Shown here in pieces: positions 13,451 to 25,032 of a DNA stretch of 64,000 bases. The position numbers and the translations under genes are program-made. Source of the DNA: Eledone cirrhosa. Its lineage: Eukaryota. The stretch spans positions 226,734,001 to 226,798,000 of the forward strand of contig OZ024743.1 of NCBI GenBank assembly GCA_964016885.1, given 5' to 3'. The notes under the pieces are model-generated. The model was given only the letters and a program-made list of their open reading frames with translations, was not told where the DNA came from and did not search any database. The stretch's first letter is position 1, and every line of letters starts with the position of its first letter.

Positions 13451-16400
13451 ATGGCTATGCTAAGAGTAGGCTGTTTAAATGCGCGTGGCCTGGGCTCAAC
13501 TTGGAAGCAAGCAATGCTTCTAAATGACCTCAGGTCACAACGTATAGATGTGATGGTTATTTGCGAGGCCCGGATCAGCAACGTGCGACAGCTGGCCCCC
13601 ACCTTTGATGACTTTGAGATGCACGCATCTCTCTGTCAGCCCGGAGGTGGGGGTGGAGTTGTCGTTCTGCTGCAAAAACATCTGGGTCTCGCAACACAGA
13701 CGGTACATTTGGACCCGGAGGGTCGACTAGTGGTTCTGGACCTTGGCAGTGGTAAAGGCGGAGCGTTTAGGTTGGTAGCCGCCTACGGCCCTTTCGGGTC
13801 AATGCGGCCGGACTTCTTCCATCGTCTGGAGACTTTTCTAGGGACGTCCCGCTCCTTGCTATTAGTGGGGGACTGGAATGGTATCCTAGATGCACGCTGG
13901 GACTACGTAGGGGCCTGCCCCGATAGAGAGGGGTGTAATAGCCTCAAAGGGTTAATCGGTCGATTTGACCTGGCCGATAGATATCGACTAGATTTTCCGA
14001 CTGCGCCAACCTGGACTTGGGCAAATCGTAGCGGATCATCTAGGTCGTACCTAGATAGGTTCTTAGTTAGAATTAAGGATAAGGACTTTTTAAGTTGTCC
14101 AAAAATGCGCATGGTTGGCTATTCAGACCACAAATTAGTGACCTGCATGGTCAACCTTGACAGAACTCATAGACAGGGCCCCGGTTACTGGAAGCTCAAC
14201 TTGTCCTTGCCGGCAAGTAGAGCCTACAGGAATCGGATTAGTACGTTAGTTAAGGAACGGTTGACTGGAGCGATCGTCAACAGCAGGTGGTGGGTATCTC
14301 TAAAGAGAGAGATTAGAGTAGTCTCGATAGAATTTAGTAAGGTTCTAGCTGCGGATAGGAATAGGAAGGAAAGGGAGCTAATAGATAGAGTAGAAGAGGC
14401 AATTAGAAGCGGCGACGTGGCCAGAGTGCTAGCGTCGAGAACGGCTTTGAGCCAGTTTTTCGACGCGAAGCACGAAGGCTGCGTTGTCCGAAGTAAAATA
14501 CGTGCTCTAGGGAACGAGGGGACCAAAGCTGTTAGCTGGGCCCGCGTGACAGAGGCCAACAGTGGAACTAAATCCACCATCCGGTCTTTGCGAGACCTGG
14601 ATGGACGGGCGATTCTTGAGCCTAAGCAGATGTGTGAGGCCTTTCAAAGGCACTTTGCCCGACTGTTCGGGAGGGGCGGGGAGCCGGTTGGGAACGTGGA
14701 CTTCGGTCCATACCTCGACGGCCTGCCGCGCCTCTCGGACAGGGAGGCGAAGTCCTGCGAGGAGCCGATTTCGGCCGCTGAGATAGAGGACGTGCTGAGC
14801 CAATGCGGCAAACGCAAATCCCCGGGTCTCGATGGTCTTCCTTACGAATTATATCTAGCTATGCCGGACTTGTTCCCCGATCTCCTCGAGGCGGTCTACT
14901 GCAACTGGCAACAGAACGGGAGAATTCCCTGTACTGTGACCAAGGGCGTAGTCACGCTAGTGAGGAAGGACGAGAACAAGGGGGACGAAATAAGTAACTT
15001 CAGGCCCATAACACTGCTAAATACAGAGTTACAGATTTTGGCCAAGGTGCTAGCAAAGAGGTTGGCGCTTGTCGTGGGCAACCTGGTGGGAGATGCGCAG
15101 ACATGCGCTATCCCGTCCAGGTCCATCCATGACAACCTCCACCTCATGCGATACATCATAGAGAGGGTTGGGAACGAACCCGGCTTTGGTGGGGCTCTGA
15201 TCAACTTGGATCAATCTAAGGCGTTCGATAGGGTCGACCATGGTTACCTGGATGCGGTGCTAGCGGCGGCAGGCTTCGGACCCGTTTTCAGGGGCTGGAT
15301 CACTGCTATGCACAGCAGCCGCATCTGCTCTAGGGTCAAGGTGAACGGCTACCTCTCGGAGCCGTTCAAAATCGCGCGGTCCATCCGACAAGGGTGCCCT
15401 CTCTCCTCCCTTCTGTATGTGTTGACTCTCGAGCCACTACTGCGGAAGTTGGAGTTGTTGCAGGGCATCCCTTTGGAACCGGGATTGCGGAAAGCGGTGT
15501 CGGCCTACGCCGATGACGTGACAGTAATGGTGTCGACGGCCTCCGAAATCGAGGCGGTCGGCACCTTACTAGAGGAGTACGAAAAGTTCACAGGGGCTAA
15601 GCTGAACCGGGACAAGTCGATCGGTTTGCAACTCGGCACGTGGAGGGGCAGACCGATGCCCTCCGATAGCGTCGTCGGACGCTGGACGGAGGGCCCGGTG
15701 AAGTTGCTCGGGGTCTGGTTCGGACCGGACCTCCAGGTGGAGAAAAACTGGGCGGAGGTTACGAACAGGGTGTTTGCACTGACCCAGAAGTGGGCCAGTT
15801 GCAAACTATCCCTGAAAGGTCGGGCGGAGGTGGCGAACACCTACATAGCGTCCGTCATCTACTACCGCCTGACCGTAGTGCCCTGCCCAAGGGAAACCCT
15901 CACCAAGATGGAGCGCGCGCTCTTCCAATTCCTTTGGAAGAGGCGGGCTCCTATGGTGAGGAGATCCATCTGCTGTCAACACCCTTCGAAAGGAGGGCTG
16001 GGGATGCCGTGGCTAATGATGCGTAAACACGCATTAAGGCTACGGCACCTCTACGTATTCCTCACCGGACAACCGGTGTGGGCCTCGTTTGTGAGACGAA
16101 CCTTTCCCAGACTCGTCTCACTCACCGAGCTGCAATCCTGGGTCAAGCAAAGACCGAGAAAACTGGGCGCCTGGCACACTGAGTGTGCCCAGGCGCTCAC
16201 CGCCCTCTGGCAGGCGGATCCGGTTATCAGTGGAGACTCCACCGCAACATTCTATAGAGAGCTGGTACGCAGCAGGTGCGACGACGCCCTCGGAGAAGCC
16301 CTAGACATGGAGGAGGACGAACTGGCCAGCCTGTTCGGTAGGACATTCAGCCCGGGACCTATGGACAACTTCCAGAAGTCCCTGGCCTGGCAGTGCTACC

Positions 16401-16888
16401 GAGGGGCTTTACCCGTTCGAGAAAGGCTCTACAGACACGGGCGCCCGGGTAGGGACCCCGCCAAAAAGATCTGTCCCAGATGCGTGTGCGACGAGGAAAC
16501 CGTTGCACACGCATTAGTACACTGCTCGGGCGTAGCCGATCTGTGGGGCTATGTCGAACAACTGCTGTCAAGGGTGGGACCGATCCGGTTGACCACCGAG
16601 TCTATTGTAATGATCAAGCCGCCTCCCCCCTTCAAAGATGAAGCAGAGGCGGTGTTTCTGTGCGTAATAGCCATGGCGAAAGAGGTTGTATGGTGGACGC
16701 GTCTGAAAGGACTGAGGTCGGGCACCTTTCTCTCTGGCCAACAACTGGTCCGTTTCTTCCGATATCATTTCGGAAGAAGGATCAGGATGGAGAGAGAGGT
16801 GCTGCACCCCAGCCGTTTCTATGAAAGATGGGTGAAAGTGGCGAGAATGGCCTGTGTGAATGGGCCTTCACTCTACATCAGACTATAG
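13451..16888 (+). CDS. LINE ORF2p: APE endonuclease + reverse transcriptase + C-terminal CCHC domain
   Basis: APE motifs LNARGL, GDWN, LDRF, SDH. RT motifs KSPGLDGL, FRPITLLN, DQSKAFDRV, RQGCPLS, YADD. C-terminal CPRC..EETVAHALVHC. First ATG at 13451; the frame is open from 13427. Confidence 0.95.
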   Translation: MAMLRVGCLNARGLGSTWKQAMLLNDLRSQRIDVMVICEARISNVRQLAPTFDDFEMHASLCQPGGGGGVVVLLQKHLGLATQTVHLDPEGRLVVLDLGSGKGGAFRLVAAYGPFGSMRPDFFHRLETFLGTSRSLLLVGDWNGILDARWDYVGACPDREGCNSLKGLIGRFDLADRYRLDFPTAPTWTWANRSGSSRSYLDRFLVRIKDKDFLSCPKMRMVGYSDHKLVTCMVNLDRTHRQGPGYWKLNLSLPASRAYRNRISTLVKERLTGAIVNSRWWVSLKREIRVVSIEFSKVLAADRNRKERELIDRVEEAIRSGDVARVLASRTALSQFFDAKHEGCVVRSKIRALGNEGTKAVSWARVTEANSGTKSTIRSLRDLDGRAILEPKQMCEAFQRHFARLFGRGGEPVGNVDFGPYLDGLPRLSDREAKSCEEPISAAEIEDVLSQCGKRKSPGLDGLPYELYLAMPDLFPDLLEAVYCNWQQNGRIPCTVTKGVVTLVRKDENKGDEISNFRPITLLNTELQILAKVLAKRLALVVGNLVGDAQTCAIPSRSIHDNLHLMRYIIERVGNEPGFGGALINLDQSKAFDRVDHGYLDAVLAAAGFGPVFRGWITAMHSSRICSRVKVNGYLSEPFKIARSIRQGCPLSSLLYVLTLEPLLRKLELLQGIPLEPGLRKAVSAYADDVTVMVSTASEIEAVGTLLEEYEKFTGAKLNRDKSIGLQLGTWRGRPMPSDSVVGRWTEGPVKLLGVWFGPDLQVEKNWAEVTNRVFALTQKWASCKLSLKGRAEVANTYIASVIYYRLTVVPCPRETLTKMERALFQFLWKRRAPMVRRSICCQHPSKGGLGMPWLMMRKHALRLRHLYVFLTGQPVWASFVRRTFPRLVSLTELQSWVKQRPRKLGAWHTECAQALTALWQADPVISGDSTATFYRELVRSRCDDALGEALDMEEDELASLFGRTFSPGPMDNFQKSLAWQCYRGALPVRERLYRHGRPGRDPAKKICPRCVCDEETVAHALVHCSGVADLWGYVEQLLSRVGPIRLTTESIVMIKPPPPFKDEAEAVFLCVIAMAKEVVWWTRLKGLRSGTFLSGQQLVRFFRYHFGRRIRMEREVLHPSRFYERWVKVARMACVNGPSLYIRL

Positions 16889-17152
16889 GTGAGGAAGATG
16901 AAAGACCAAGGGAGCACCCCTTCTCTGTGCTCCTGAGGAGAAGGGTTGCACACTTTTTTCGGGGGTGTGTGCGAACCCCCAAGGCGCCTCCTCTCTATTG
17001 AGGATTTTGTGAAAAATTTTATTTTTTGTTATATCTTATTTTATTTTTATATTTTGTTATTGCCTCCTCCTTATTGAGGATGCCTTTTTGTGTAAACTCC
17101 CCCCTTTGTACTTGTCCCACTTTTGATGCCCTAGTGGCAAATAAAAGAAATA

Positions 17153-17207
<55 letters not shown>

Positions 17208-17254
17208 GTATCTATCTATCTATCTATCTATCTATATAGATAGATATCTGACTA

Positions 17255-17286
<32 letters not shown>

Positions 17287-17571
17287 GAAAGAGAGAGATA
17301 CGTTGGACCTTCGCGCTGTATTCTCACATGCGATACATTAGATGACACCAAACGTTTTCTGCTGTGGGAATTAACCTGAAACCCCGTGGTTTCGAAACCA
17401 CGCAGATAGCCACATCCACATAGAAAGCTATATTTATGTAGCATGTGCCCGTCTCTCTCCCCCCTTTATCTCTCTCTCTCTATATATATACATTTATTTA
17501 TATATTTATTTATTATTTATATTTCTTTATGTATATATATATATATATATGCATATATAATGTATATATAT

Positions 17572-17627
<56 letters not shown>

Positions 17628-17709
17628 ATATATATACATTATATATGTATATATATATATATATATATATACATAAAGAAATATAAATAATAAATAAATA
17701 TATAAATAA

Positions 17710-17838
<129 letters not shown>

Positions 17839-18611
17839 TTTAATATGTAGATATATAAATAGAGAAATAGATAGATAGTTAGATAGATTGATTGAAAGCG
17901 AGTGCCATGGAGGAAGTAGTATATTTACATCCAGAATATATGACCATGTATACATAAACATACAAAACAAATGACAAATAACTACTCTAAAAACAACAAC
18001 ACCCAGAACAACAAGAAAAGGCAATAAAGCATTCGACGGTATAAAATTAATCAGTTCCATATTGACTAAGAACTTGCTCAATATATCTTGTTTTCTAAGA
18101 AATCCCTCTTCTCCAAACAGCACCACCGCCAACAACAACAGCGCTCAATTCTTTAGTCTTAAATAAAACATTGCTTGCCGTACCGCATAGTATTGTAGCT
18201 GGTAGCTATATTTCATAGCGAAGGTAGTCATGGAAGACGTAATGGAATAGTATGTTATGTCTGGACACGGACAAACACACATGAGAATATACACACATAA
18301 TCCCACAAATACACGCATCGATATACACGAGAACAGACATACACAGAGAATTGCGCATGCATACAAGCATTTACGCTGAAGTACACACAGCACGCATAGA
18401 TGTAGATACACATTCATATACCACACACACTGACGTACACTCGTTAGTATATAGACGCATGCAATATATGGCCTCGCATATGCAAACACCTACAACCAGG
18501 CTAATAGACCTGTGTATATTCTCACAGTAACAAACACGCGCAAACGCACACACACATATGCATATATATATATATATATTATATATATATGTATATATAT
18601 GTATTTGTGTG

Positions 18612-18659
<48 letters not shown>

Positions 18660-18674
18660 GTGTGTATGTGTGTG

Positions 18675-18711
<37 letters not shown>

Positions 18712-18741
18712 CATACATACATATATATATATGTATATATA

Positions 18742-18790
<49 letters not shown>

Positions 18791-18860
18791 TATATATATA
18801 TATATATACACTATATATATATATATACACACACTATATATATATACACACACTAATAAA

Positions 18861-19248
18861 TAGGGTGGCCCTTATTTTTAAATTTTCTAAAAGTTTAGCT
18901 CCCCCCCCCCCCCCCCCCCCTCCCTATCTTGTTCCAATTAACAAAAAACCAATCTATGTGAAAACGAACAATGGCAAGGCAACCCTCATTTGTCGTGAAA
19001 TTTTGAAGTTTGCGTCCGGAAAGTCATTTTTTCAGATAACATTTTTTTATCTCATATAATCTCTTAAATTAAAAACGTGTTCAGAGGTATTCTTGGTATC
19101 AGAAGAATAAGTGAGAATAAATATAATGGGGAAGGCAACTTGCAAAGCTGCGGACATAGCGCAGGTATAGGGCAAACACCTATTTTTCGCTGTGGAAGCA
19201 GCAACATTTTAATTTACGGAAAATTGCCTATTGCTAAGGGCCACCCTA
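18861..19248. mobile_element. MITE with 14-bp TIR (hAT-like TAGGGTG end)
   Basis: TAGGGTGGCCCTTA (18861-18874) / TAAGGGCCACCCTA (19235-19248). No clear TSD. Confidence 0.65.
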
Positions 19249-19309
19249 AGTATATGATTGACAGATGAGAAAAATGAGTACTCGGTATTGAGTAACATGT
19301 ATATATATA

Positions 19310-19369
<60 letters not shown>

Positions 19370-19450
19370 GTTATTCCGGGTTGAATCGGAGGTAACCACA
19401 GTAAGTAAGGTACTCAATACATAGCAGAGTATAAAGGTTTTAATATAGAT

Positions 19451-19504
19451 GAGATTCTACAGGACTAGAACTGTTTCATTCTTCAGAAATCATCAGGAAT
19501 CATC
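19451..19504 (-). ncRNA. Type I hammerhead ribozyme (complete core)
   Basis: GAUUC-CUGAUGA-U UUC ugaa GAA U-GAAA-CAG uucuaguc CUG-UA/GAAUC: stems I, II and III all pair, with U10.1-U11.1 and a GUA cleavage triplet. Confidence 0.8.
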
Positions 19505-19505
19505 A

Positions 19506-19554
19506 GATTCCTGACGATTTCTGAAGAATGAAAGAGTTCTAGTCCTGTAGAATC
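19506..19554 (+). ncRNA. Type I hammerhead ribozyme, mirror copy (one stem III mismatch)
   Basis: GAUUC-CUGACGA-UUUCUGAAGAAU-GAAA-GAG...CUG-UA/GAAUC. Confidence 0.65.
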
Positions 19555-19571
19555 TCATCTATATATATATA

Positions 19572-19640
<69 letters not shown>

Positions 19641-20042
19641 GTATTTAGCCATGTAAAACGAACATTTTCTTTTTTCTTTGAATTTGGCAAAGCCCGACAT
19701 GTATCGCGCGTATACAGGAAACTGACTGGCCTGTCTGCTGATATACAAATGTAGCTGATCAGTGGATGTGCTAATATGCAGATCTGACTGATCAGCCAGA
19801 CTGCTAATATGCAAATCAGGCCGATCAGTCACTGTGTATTTTTGAAAATAGCATATATTGTCACTAGCACTGATAGTTTGGCTGGTGAACAGTGAGCTGT
19901 ACTAATGAAGGGTGATACCCAGAAACATTAGTGTCTGCAGTTCTGTTCACATGTCAACACAAGAGCAAGAATAAAGGTTTCATTCTACTGACATGGCTAT
20001 AAAATTGAGGCTTGTTTGCATAATTGAAAACAAATCAAATGT

Positions 20043-20229
20043 TGTGGATTGGCAGTATCGGTAGAGGGTCGGACGCCATGCTTTCCAGCATAGTTACGTC
20101 TCTTTACGATCTGAGTTCAAATCCAGCCGATGTTGACTTTGCCTTTCATCCTTACGGGGTCGATAAAATAAAGTACCAGTAATGCACTGGGTAATTGCTG
20201 GCCTTGTGCCTAAAGTAGAAACAATTATA
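20043..20229 (+). mobile_element. SINE family 1 copy
   Basis: A box TGGCAGTATCGG, B box GAGTTCAAATCC, core GACTTTGCCTTTCATCCTTACGGGGTCGATAAAATAAAGTACCAG. Confidence 0.85.
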
Positions 20230-20258
20230 AATATTCCAAAAGCTCAGATTACATTCAT

Positions 20259-20360
<102 letters not shown>

Positions 20361-20821
20361 CTCTACTTACTAACCTTGCTTTCATATTTCTCCTTGCTCC
20401 GCTTTTCTCATTGTATTTGTATATAAACAAGTACATAGATACAAGGAGAAAGGGAGAGCATTGATATAAGGAGAGTTAAGATAAAAGGGGAGTAAGGAGA
20501 AAAGGAGTGCGAAGAGAGCAAAGAGAAAAGGAGAACAAGGAGAGCAAGGAGAAAAAGAGAGGTTATGGCAAATATTGCTGGAAGCAGACAAAGGTGAACA
20601 AATGCACTGTCTATTTTCTTCTGCGGTTAATTTTGCTTCTTTGGGAACGCTAAATTAAGTAACAATTAAGTACTATCTTTAATATTTCTCTCTATTTCGC
20701 CCACTCACTTTCTCGAGTATAACTGTAATTCAAATTTCAAGCCTTGTTATATTGTATCACATTTGGTCAGACTAGTTATTACACGGAGTCTATCAATCAT
20801 GCATAAATTATAGTTTCTATA

Positions 20822-21008
20822 GGGCGGTGAATTAGCAGTATCGGTAGAGGGTTGGACGCCATGCATCCAGCATAGTTACGTCCCATTACGGTCTGAGTTC
20901 AAATCCTGTCGAGGTTAACTTTGCCTTTCATCCTTACGGGGGTCGATAACATAAAATACCAGTAATGTACTGGATAATTGCTGGCCTTGTGCCACAAGTA
21001 GAAACAAT
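20822..21008 (+). mobile_element. SINE family 1 copy
   Basis: Same motifs as the copy at 20043. Confidence 0.85.
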
Positions 21009-21473
21009 ACATTTTAGTTTCTATCTGAACACAAACTGAAAGCTATTTCTAAGCCCGATACACAAAATATTTATTTGTTCTGAAAAATTCCATTCCATTT
21101 CGGAAATATAATTGGTAACTAGAAGTTGTTTGTTATAACAATCTCACAAAAAAGAAAACTAGGAGTGTAACTGCAAAGGTAGAATCATAAATGATTGTTG
21201 ATATATTTGCAAAATATGCTTCTGTATTCTAACATATATTTATATATTAGATTTGCATATAATAATGATTTCGATTCGTGCATAGAGCACTCTTTTGCTA
21301 TAACATATGCTATTTTCCTGATATGCTCTACATACACTCACACACATTCACTCACACTCTCACACACACACGCACACACAAGCACACGCATATGCAGAGT
21401 AACAGAGAGAGGAGAGTAAACCGAGGAAGATAGAAGGGCATATGTATATATGTGTGTGTTGTGTGTTTGTGTG

Positions 21474-21506
<33 letters not shown>

Positions 21507-21537
21507 GTATATATATATATGCATATATATATATGCA

Positions 21538-21610
<73 letters not shown>

Positions 21611-22139
21611 GTATGTGTGTGTGTGTGAGAGTGTGTGTGTATACGTATGTGTGTATGTGTGTTTCAATACATCATGATAAAATAATATAATCATGGATGG
21701 CTGGAAAATGAATACAAAGAAAAAGAACAACAACAAAGCTCATGTGTGACCTATTTATATTGTACGCCTCGATTGAAACTGGGAAAAGCACTTGTAAAAC
21801 CTGCAACAGACATATTGAACTTTTGTTTCGTCTTCTCTGTATATATTTGTATCAAGGCTTTACTATGTAGGAATTTCTTCTATTGTGTATGAAGAAAGAA
21901 CATCAACAAGTGTATAAATATAACACCATATAATGTGTGTTGCATTCTAAGGATAGTCATGGCTGCTATTATTATCTTCATTATAAGTATTATTAGTATT
22001 GTTGTTATTTTAATTTTTATTATTGTTAATATTTTTACTTTCAATAGGTATTTTCTTTTCAATTGATATTTTTATGTTTTTAATATAGACTTTTTTAACA
22101 CACACACACACACGCACATAAATATATATATATATATAG

Positions 22140-22254
22140 GAACGAGTAGGACTCCGACGGCTGAGCTCAAGCCGTTTCGATGGCTAATTCTGGACTGAGT
22201 ATTGAGTACTTTGGTGCGTTATGGTCCACTTGGTTCCTTACCACATTTCCTTCG

Positions 22255-22257
<3 letters not shown>
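22140..22257. mobile_element. Short PLE-like element, family C (inverted half-hammerhead + tail)
   Basis: Minus strand 22150-22197 reads ...GAAA-CGGC ttgagctca GCCG-TC/GGAGT. Plus strand 22198-22257 is a tail matching 44608-44667 and 44778-44837. Lies in (TA)n. Confidence 0.65.
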
Positions 22258-22333
<76 letters not shown>

Positions 22334-22521
22334 TGTATACATACGTACATTTACATATATATAAGTATATATAATTCTCTCTCTCTCTCTCTAAATATAT
22401 ATATATGTGTGTGTGTATAGAGAGAGATAGATAAAACAAATTTTTATATGTATAAATGTATAAATATATATATATATACAAATATATATATATATATATG
22501 TATATATATACATATACATAC

Positions 22522-22617
<96 letters not shown>

Positions 22618-22887
22618 ATACTTTGAGAGGGTCATGTTGCCAATATATATATATATATGAATGTTTATATAGTTATATGTATATATGTATGTATTGGGTG
22701 TGTGTGAGGTAGGGGTGGGGGAATATGCATGTGTATTCCTTTACAATTATTGTATTTCTGATTTCGATCTGCCTTTCATATTTCATTGTTGCTTTCAGTT
22801 TTTTCGGGGTTAACGGCTTTTCAAATGCGTTTTCCCTTTCAATTAAATGATACATTTCTGTTTGTACGATAACCGCAACAACGAAAC

Positions 22888-22937
<50 letters not shown>

Positions 22938-23562
22938 GTTGTTGTTGTTGCTGCTGCTACTACTGTTGTTGTTATTGTTGTTGCTGCTGTTTTCGCTTTT
23001 GTATGCTGTCCTGCTGCTGTTGCTTCTATTGTAAAGTTCACTACTTTTCCCAAGTAGCCTCTACGTGGTCGACATTCCTAAAGTTAGTATCCAAATCTTA
23101 CCCCTGATTGCACCCAACATGCTTTTAAAGTGAAAGAATGAAATATTTATTTCGACTCTGTTCGCTATACTAAAACATAAAATGTAATGGTTTTGGGAAT
23201 AAGTGTGATTGAGTGGATGCAACTTCATCTTTGGACGGGGTATTAGGTATAATCCTTTGGCCGTTCAATTATCACTACCCGCCGTTTGGTGTCTTTAGCA
23301 ATGTACCCTCTTTCTTTCAAGAAATTGACCCAAGTCTCCGGTCTGATAATTTCTCCTTTCCTTCCTTTCGCCTGTGCGAGACGGGCTGAAAAGGTTTTAT
23401 TGTCTAATTATTAAACATCTCTAACCAACAACAATACCAACCATTATATCTACTTAAAATATTCCCAATCAGATCGTTTCAAAATTTGTAGTAATAAACT
23501 AAATCCTTCAACTGTTAATGTGCTTCAATGATGGCACTGATTTGTTCTTTCAAGAATCTATT

Positions 23563-24581
23563 CAGACCTGTCAACTCTCCCCGTCCGACTAGGAGATTCA
23601 CCACACATTTTGGGGTAGATGAAAGATGTCTTCTCTTGTGAAAATAAGTATAGCATTCATTATCTAAAATCTCCACGTTTTGCCTTTTGTTCATAGTACC
23701 TCTGGTTTGTATTTTTAAAGTTTGGCAAGTTTGTATATTGTAAATACATTTTCATGTGGTGTATGACATTAAGTGTTGTTCTTCTGTCGTTAATTAACCA
23801 TGGTTGATGACGATAGGTAAGGGTTGTCACGAATACCGAATTGAAATTTGGCATTTACACCAGCCTCCCTTTTTTTGATGACCGAAGTCTGAAACCGGTG
23901 CATTACTGTACTGGCTGCTGCAATTCTGGACTTAATTGAGCCTCCTTCCTTCCATCACTGGTCAACATGGTATCGAGACATTTGAACTTCTCCACTTGCT
24001 TCTGTGGAACTCTACTTACATGTAAAGTGCACTGTGCAGGATTTCTTGAGTGTCTTCACAGTACTTATTTTCATTTCAGCCGTCCAGCACTCGGCATCAA
24101 ACCTATCAAGCATATGTCGGAGATCACCTGACGAGATAAGTAGTACCATGCCGTTTGCAAATTCCAGCACACTAATTCTACACCACTAGTCTTGATACCA
24201 CTTCCAACCCAGCGACGCATATCAATCATAATCATGAAGATTATGGGTGTCTGACCCCGCAATAGGTGCATAATTTCAACCCTCTTGTTTATAATCTTCA
24301 TGTTAAGAGTTAACAGGCTTAATTTAGCCAGTAAAAGAAGCATTTTTAAAACATTACAATTAAAAGTTTAACTGAATTCACCTCGATTACCTCAAAAATG
24401 CAGACCTGCCAACCTCTAAAGAACCAAACGGGGAGCACCATGTAAAAAGGTACCCCAGAACGGGGAGAAATGAAGCAATATGGGGTGATATTTCATACTT
24501 TTAAATAAGAGAAGACATCTCTCACCCACCCCAAAATGGGTTGGAATTCACACCGTCGGACAGGGAGAGTTGCCAGGTCTG
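23563..24581. mobile_element. DNA-transposon/MITE remnants with CAGACCTG(C/G/T)CAAC termini
   Basis: 23563-23655 is a diverged inverted copy of ~24490-24581. A third terminus CAGACCTGCCAACC lies at 24401. Confidence 0.55.
23910..24010 (-). pseudogene. RTE-like RT fragment
   Basis: QVEKFKCLDTMLTSDGRKE..(R)IAAA resembles QVxxFKYLG..T.DGR....RI.AA. Confidence 0.55.
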
Positions 24582-24900
24582 CTAATGTCGTGAATAAAAC
24601 ATGATCGTCACAATTTTTAGACGCCTACCACTTATAATACTGCGATTGTCAACCTAATCGCAAAATATTACTTATATAGAAGTAAAGTGTTTCGATCCTT
24701 CGAAGGAATGAATTCATTTACGTTGTAAAAATATTCTTGAGGTAAACCAGACATGACAGAGATATTCCTCAGTTCTCTATATATCTGTGTACTCGTTTTT
24801 TCTGCTGCTGAAGTAATCAATATCATCTACATAACGCACACACAAGCCCCCACCCCCCGTTCTATAGACAGCGTCACACAGCGACACAGACACATACACG

Positions 24901-24958
<58 letters not shown>

Positions 24959-24990
24959 CGTGTGTGTATATATATAAATATATATATGTA

Positions 24991-25032
<42 letters not shown>

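Larger units (their letters stand above)
11431..17152 (+). mobile_element. Full-length, apparently intact Tx1/L1-clade non-LTR retrotransposon
   Basis: Two uninterrupted ORFs, ~210-bp 5' UTR, ~260-bp 3' UTR with AATAAA at 17140-17145. TCTATCTATCTAT lies on the 5' side and (TATC)n on the 3' side. The 5' boundary is approximate. Confidence 0.9.
19369..19565 (-). mobile_element. Short palindromic PLE-like element, family A, with two back-to-back hammerheads
   Basis: Inverted arms ~19445-19501 and 19506-19565. Tail 19369-19444 matches the reverse complement of 4315-4390. Lies in (TA)n. Confidence 0.8.

Noticed and set aside
17340-17405. Hairpin CGTGGTTTCGAAACCACG and minus-strand GAAAACGTTT as a ribozyme or terminator
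   Set aside because: No CUGANGA-type box was found, and intrinsic terminators are not meaningful in this context.
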